Source: Acetatifactor sp. (lineage in GTDB: Bacteria; Bacillota; Clostridia; Lachnospirales; Lachnospiraceae). From it: a DNA stretch of 64,000 nucleotides. Positions 63,192-64,000 of this stretch are shown piece by piece. The notes under the pieces were generated by a model that ran no database searches, was not told where the DNA came from, and saw only the letters and a list, made by a program, of their open reading frames with translations. Location of the stretch: positions 1,110 to 65,109 of the forward strand of contig JBJEJG010000040.1 in NCBI GenBank assembly GCA_051877795.1, in the 5' to 3' direction. Both the position numbers and the translations under genes were made by a program. How positions within the stretch are numbered: the first letter of the stretch is position 1; each line of letters begins with the position of its first letter.

Positions 63192-64000
63192 ATGAAAAAG
63201 AAGTGGTTCAAAAGAGTATTGAGTGCAGGACTTGCACTTGTGATGGCTGCGGGACTGTGTGCCTGTGGAGGTGATGCAGAAGAAACAGGCGGAGAGGGCA
63301 GTTCAGGGAAGAATAAGGGAGATGCGAATTCAGCCCTGGCGAAAGAAAATGTCTATAAGGTAAATCAGTTTGACATGCCGCAGTTTGTTGATGATGAGGA
63401 CGGTTATGTCAATGCAAGAAGCACTCTGCATAAGGATGGTAAGATTTATGTGCTTATGCAGGTCCAGAACTGGTCAAAAGCCGAAGCAGATCAGACGGAG
63501 CTGAAGCTGATTGTAATGAACGAGGATGGCTCTGATATGCAGATTCAGGATCTGGAGCTGCCTGCAAGGGATACGGAGGAGCCCGCAGAAACGGCTTCTC
63601 CGGAACCTGTGGAAGGTGCGGAGGGTGAAACCGCTGAGGAAGAATACAGCAATACATGGGAGTCTACGAGCTATAACTACTTTGCTCTGGCAGATGATAT
63701 TATTTACGGTATCCGTGAATATTATTATGAGGACTATTCTAACCCCGAAGCCTATGTCAGTGAACAGCATCAGTATGTTTGCAGTTGGGATTATGATGGC
63801 AGCTTTCTCTGGGAGGTAGAACCGGAGGGGCTCCGTTCCAATGAAGAAAATACGGAATGGGTTTATCTGCGGAATATTTCCGTAGCAAAAGACGGTTCCC
63901 TGAATCTGCTGATTTCAGGCGATAATACGTATAAGATGAGTGTGAGCCGGGATGGCGTTGCCTCTGAGAAGGTAAAGCTCTCTGATGAGTCAGCAACAGT
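63192..64000 (+). CDS. Lipoprotein (partial, runs off the right edge), possibly paralogous to the N-terminal domain of the 56126 SBP
   Basis: It is not in the ORF track because there is no stop within the window. The ATG at 63192 follows AGGAGGAGGA, the lipobox is MKKKWFKRVLSAGLALVMAAGLCAC|GG, and the frame stays open to 64000. Confidence 0.7.
   Translation, partial: MKKKWFKRVLSAGLALVMAAGLCACGGDAEETGGEGSSGKNKGDANSALAKENVYKVNQFDMPQFVDDEDGYVNARSTLHKDGKIYVLMQVQNWSKAEADQTELKLIVMNEDGSDMQIQDLELPARDTEEPAETASPEPVEGAEGETAEEEYSNTWESTSYNYFALADDIIYGIREYYYEDYSNPEAYVSEQHQYVCSWDYDGSFLWEVEPEGLRSNEENTEWVYLRNISVAKDGSLNLLISGDNTYKMSVSRDGVASEKVKLSDESAT

Noticed and set aside
1-64000. CRISPR arrays, IS elements, prophage or known defence/toxin-antitoxin modules.
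   Set aside because: The only tandem repeats are short, in-frame coding repeats (25313-25426 and 43518-43660). I saw no transposase, integrase, Cas, reverse transcriptase, nuclease-NTPase or small TA-like gene pairs.

Overview
The window looks like chromosomal DNA from a motile Firmicute, probably a Clostridia or Lachnospiraceae-type gut anaerobe. That guess rests on gene content and synteny only. About 60% of the window (roughly 8.7-43.9 kb) is one co-directional, tightly coupled flagellar/chemotaxis (fla/che) super-operon. Its order is flgB-flgC-fliE-fliF-fliG-fliH-fliI-fliJ-ylxF-like-fliK-flgD-(TIGR02530-like)-flgE | flbD-motA-motB-fliL-fliM-fliY-cheY-fliO-fliP-fliQ-fliR-flhB-flhA-flhF-flhG-PilZ-cheB-cheA-cheW-cheC-cheD-(small membrane ORF)-sigD. 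Four poorly characterised genes follow sigD: a DUF342/FapA-like gene, a 102-aa orphan, a SwrB-position membrane/HTH protein, and a protein carrying only the MltG N-terminal domain. topA-codY lie upstream and rpsB-tsf downstream, as in Bacillus subtilis.

The left flank (1-5.5 kb) is an accessory-looking run of genes. It holds four GNAT acetyltransferases, an ANT/AadA-like nucleotidyltransferase, an isochorismatase-like hydrolase, a TfoX-C protein, a YloV/FakA gene fragment and a stand-alone tRNA-Glu(CUC).

The right flank (46-64 kb) has three parts:
- A three-gene signalling operon: a 7TM-PAS-degenerate GGDEF-EAL protein, a 7TM hybrid histidine kinase with REC and Hpt, and a REC protein with Hpt-like helical repeats.
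- A convergent 999-aa double GT-C glycosyltransferase and a PHP phosphoesterase.
- An unusual transporter cluster: a giant lipoprotein SBP, two CUT1-type permeases, a HlyD-like adaptor, a MacB-periplasmic-domain-only protein, and a second lipoprotein that runs off the window.

I found no CRISPR array, transposase, integrase, prophage or recognisable defence/toxin system. No flagellin, hook-associated, cheR or MCP genes lie in the window.

I cannot point to one clearly novel system. The best candidates for under-described biology are:
- the post-sigD module;
- the helical motif shared by the kinase and its regulator;
- the fused GT-C enzyme;
- the importer/efflux-adaptor hybrid cluster;
- the structured flgE-flbD spacer.

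All family calls come from motif recognition by eye and no searches were run. Start codons are best guesses, with alternatives noted.
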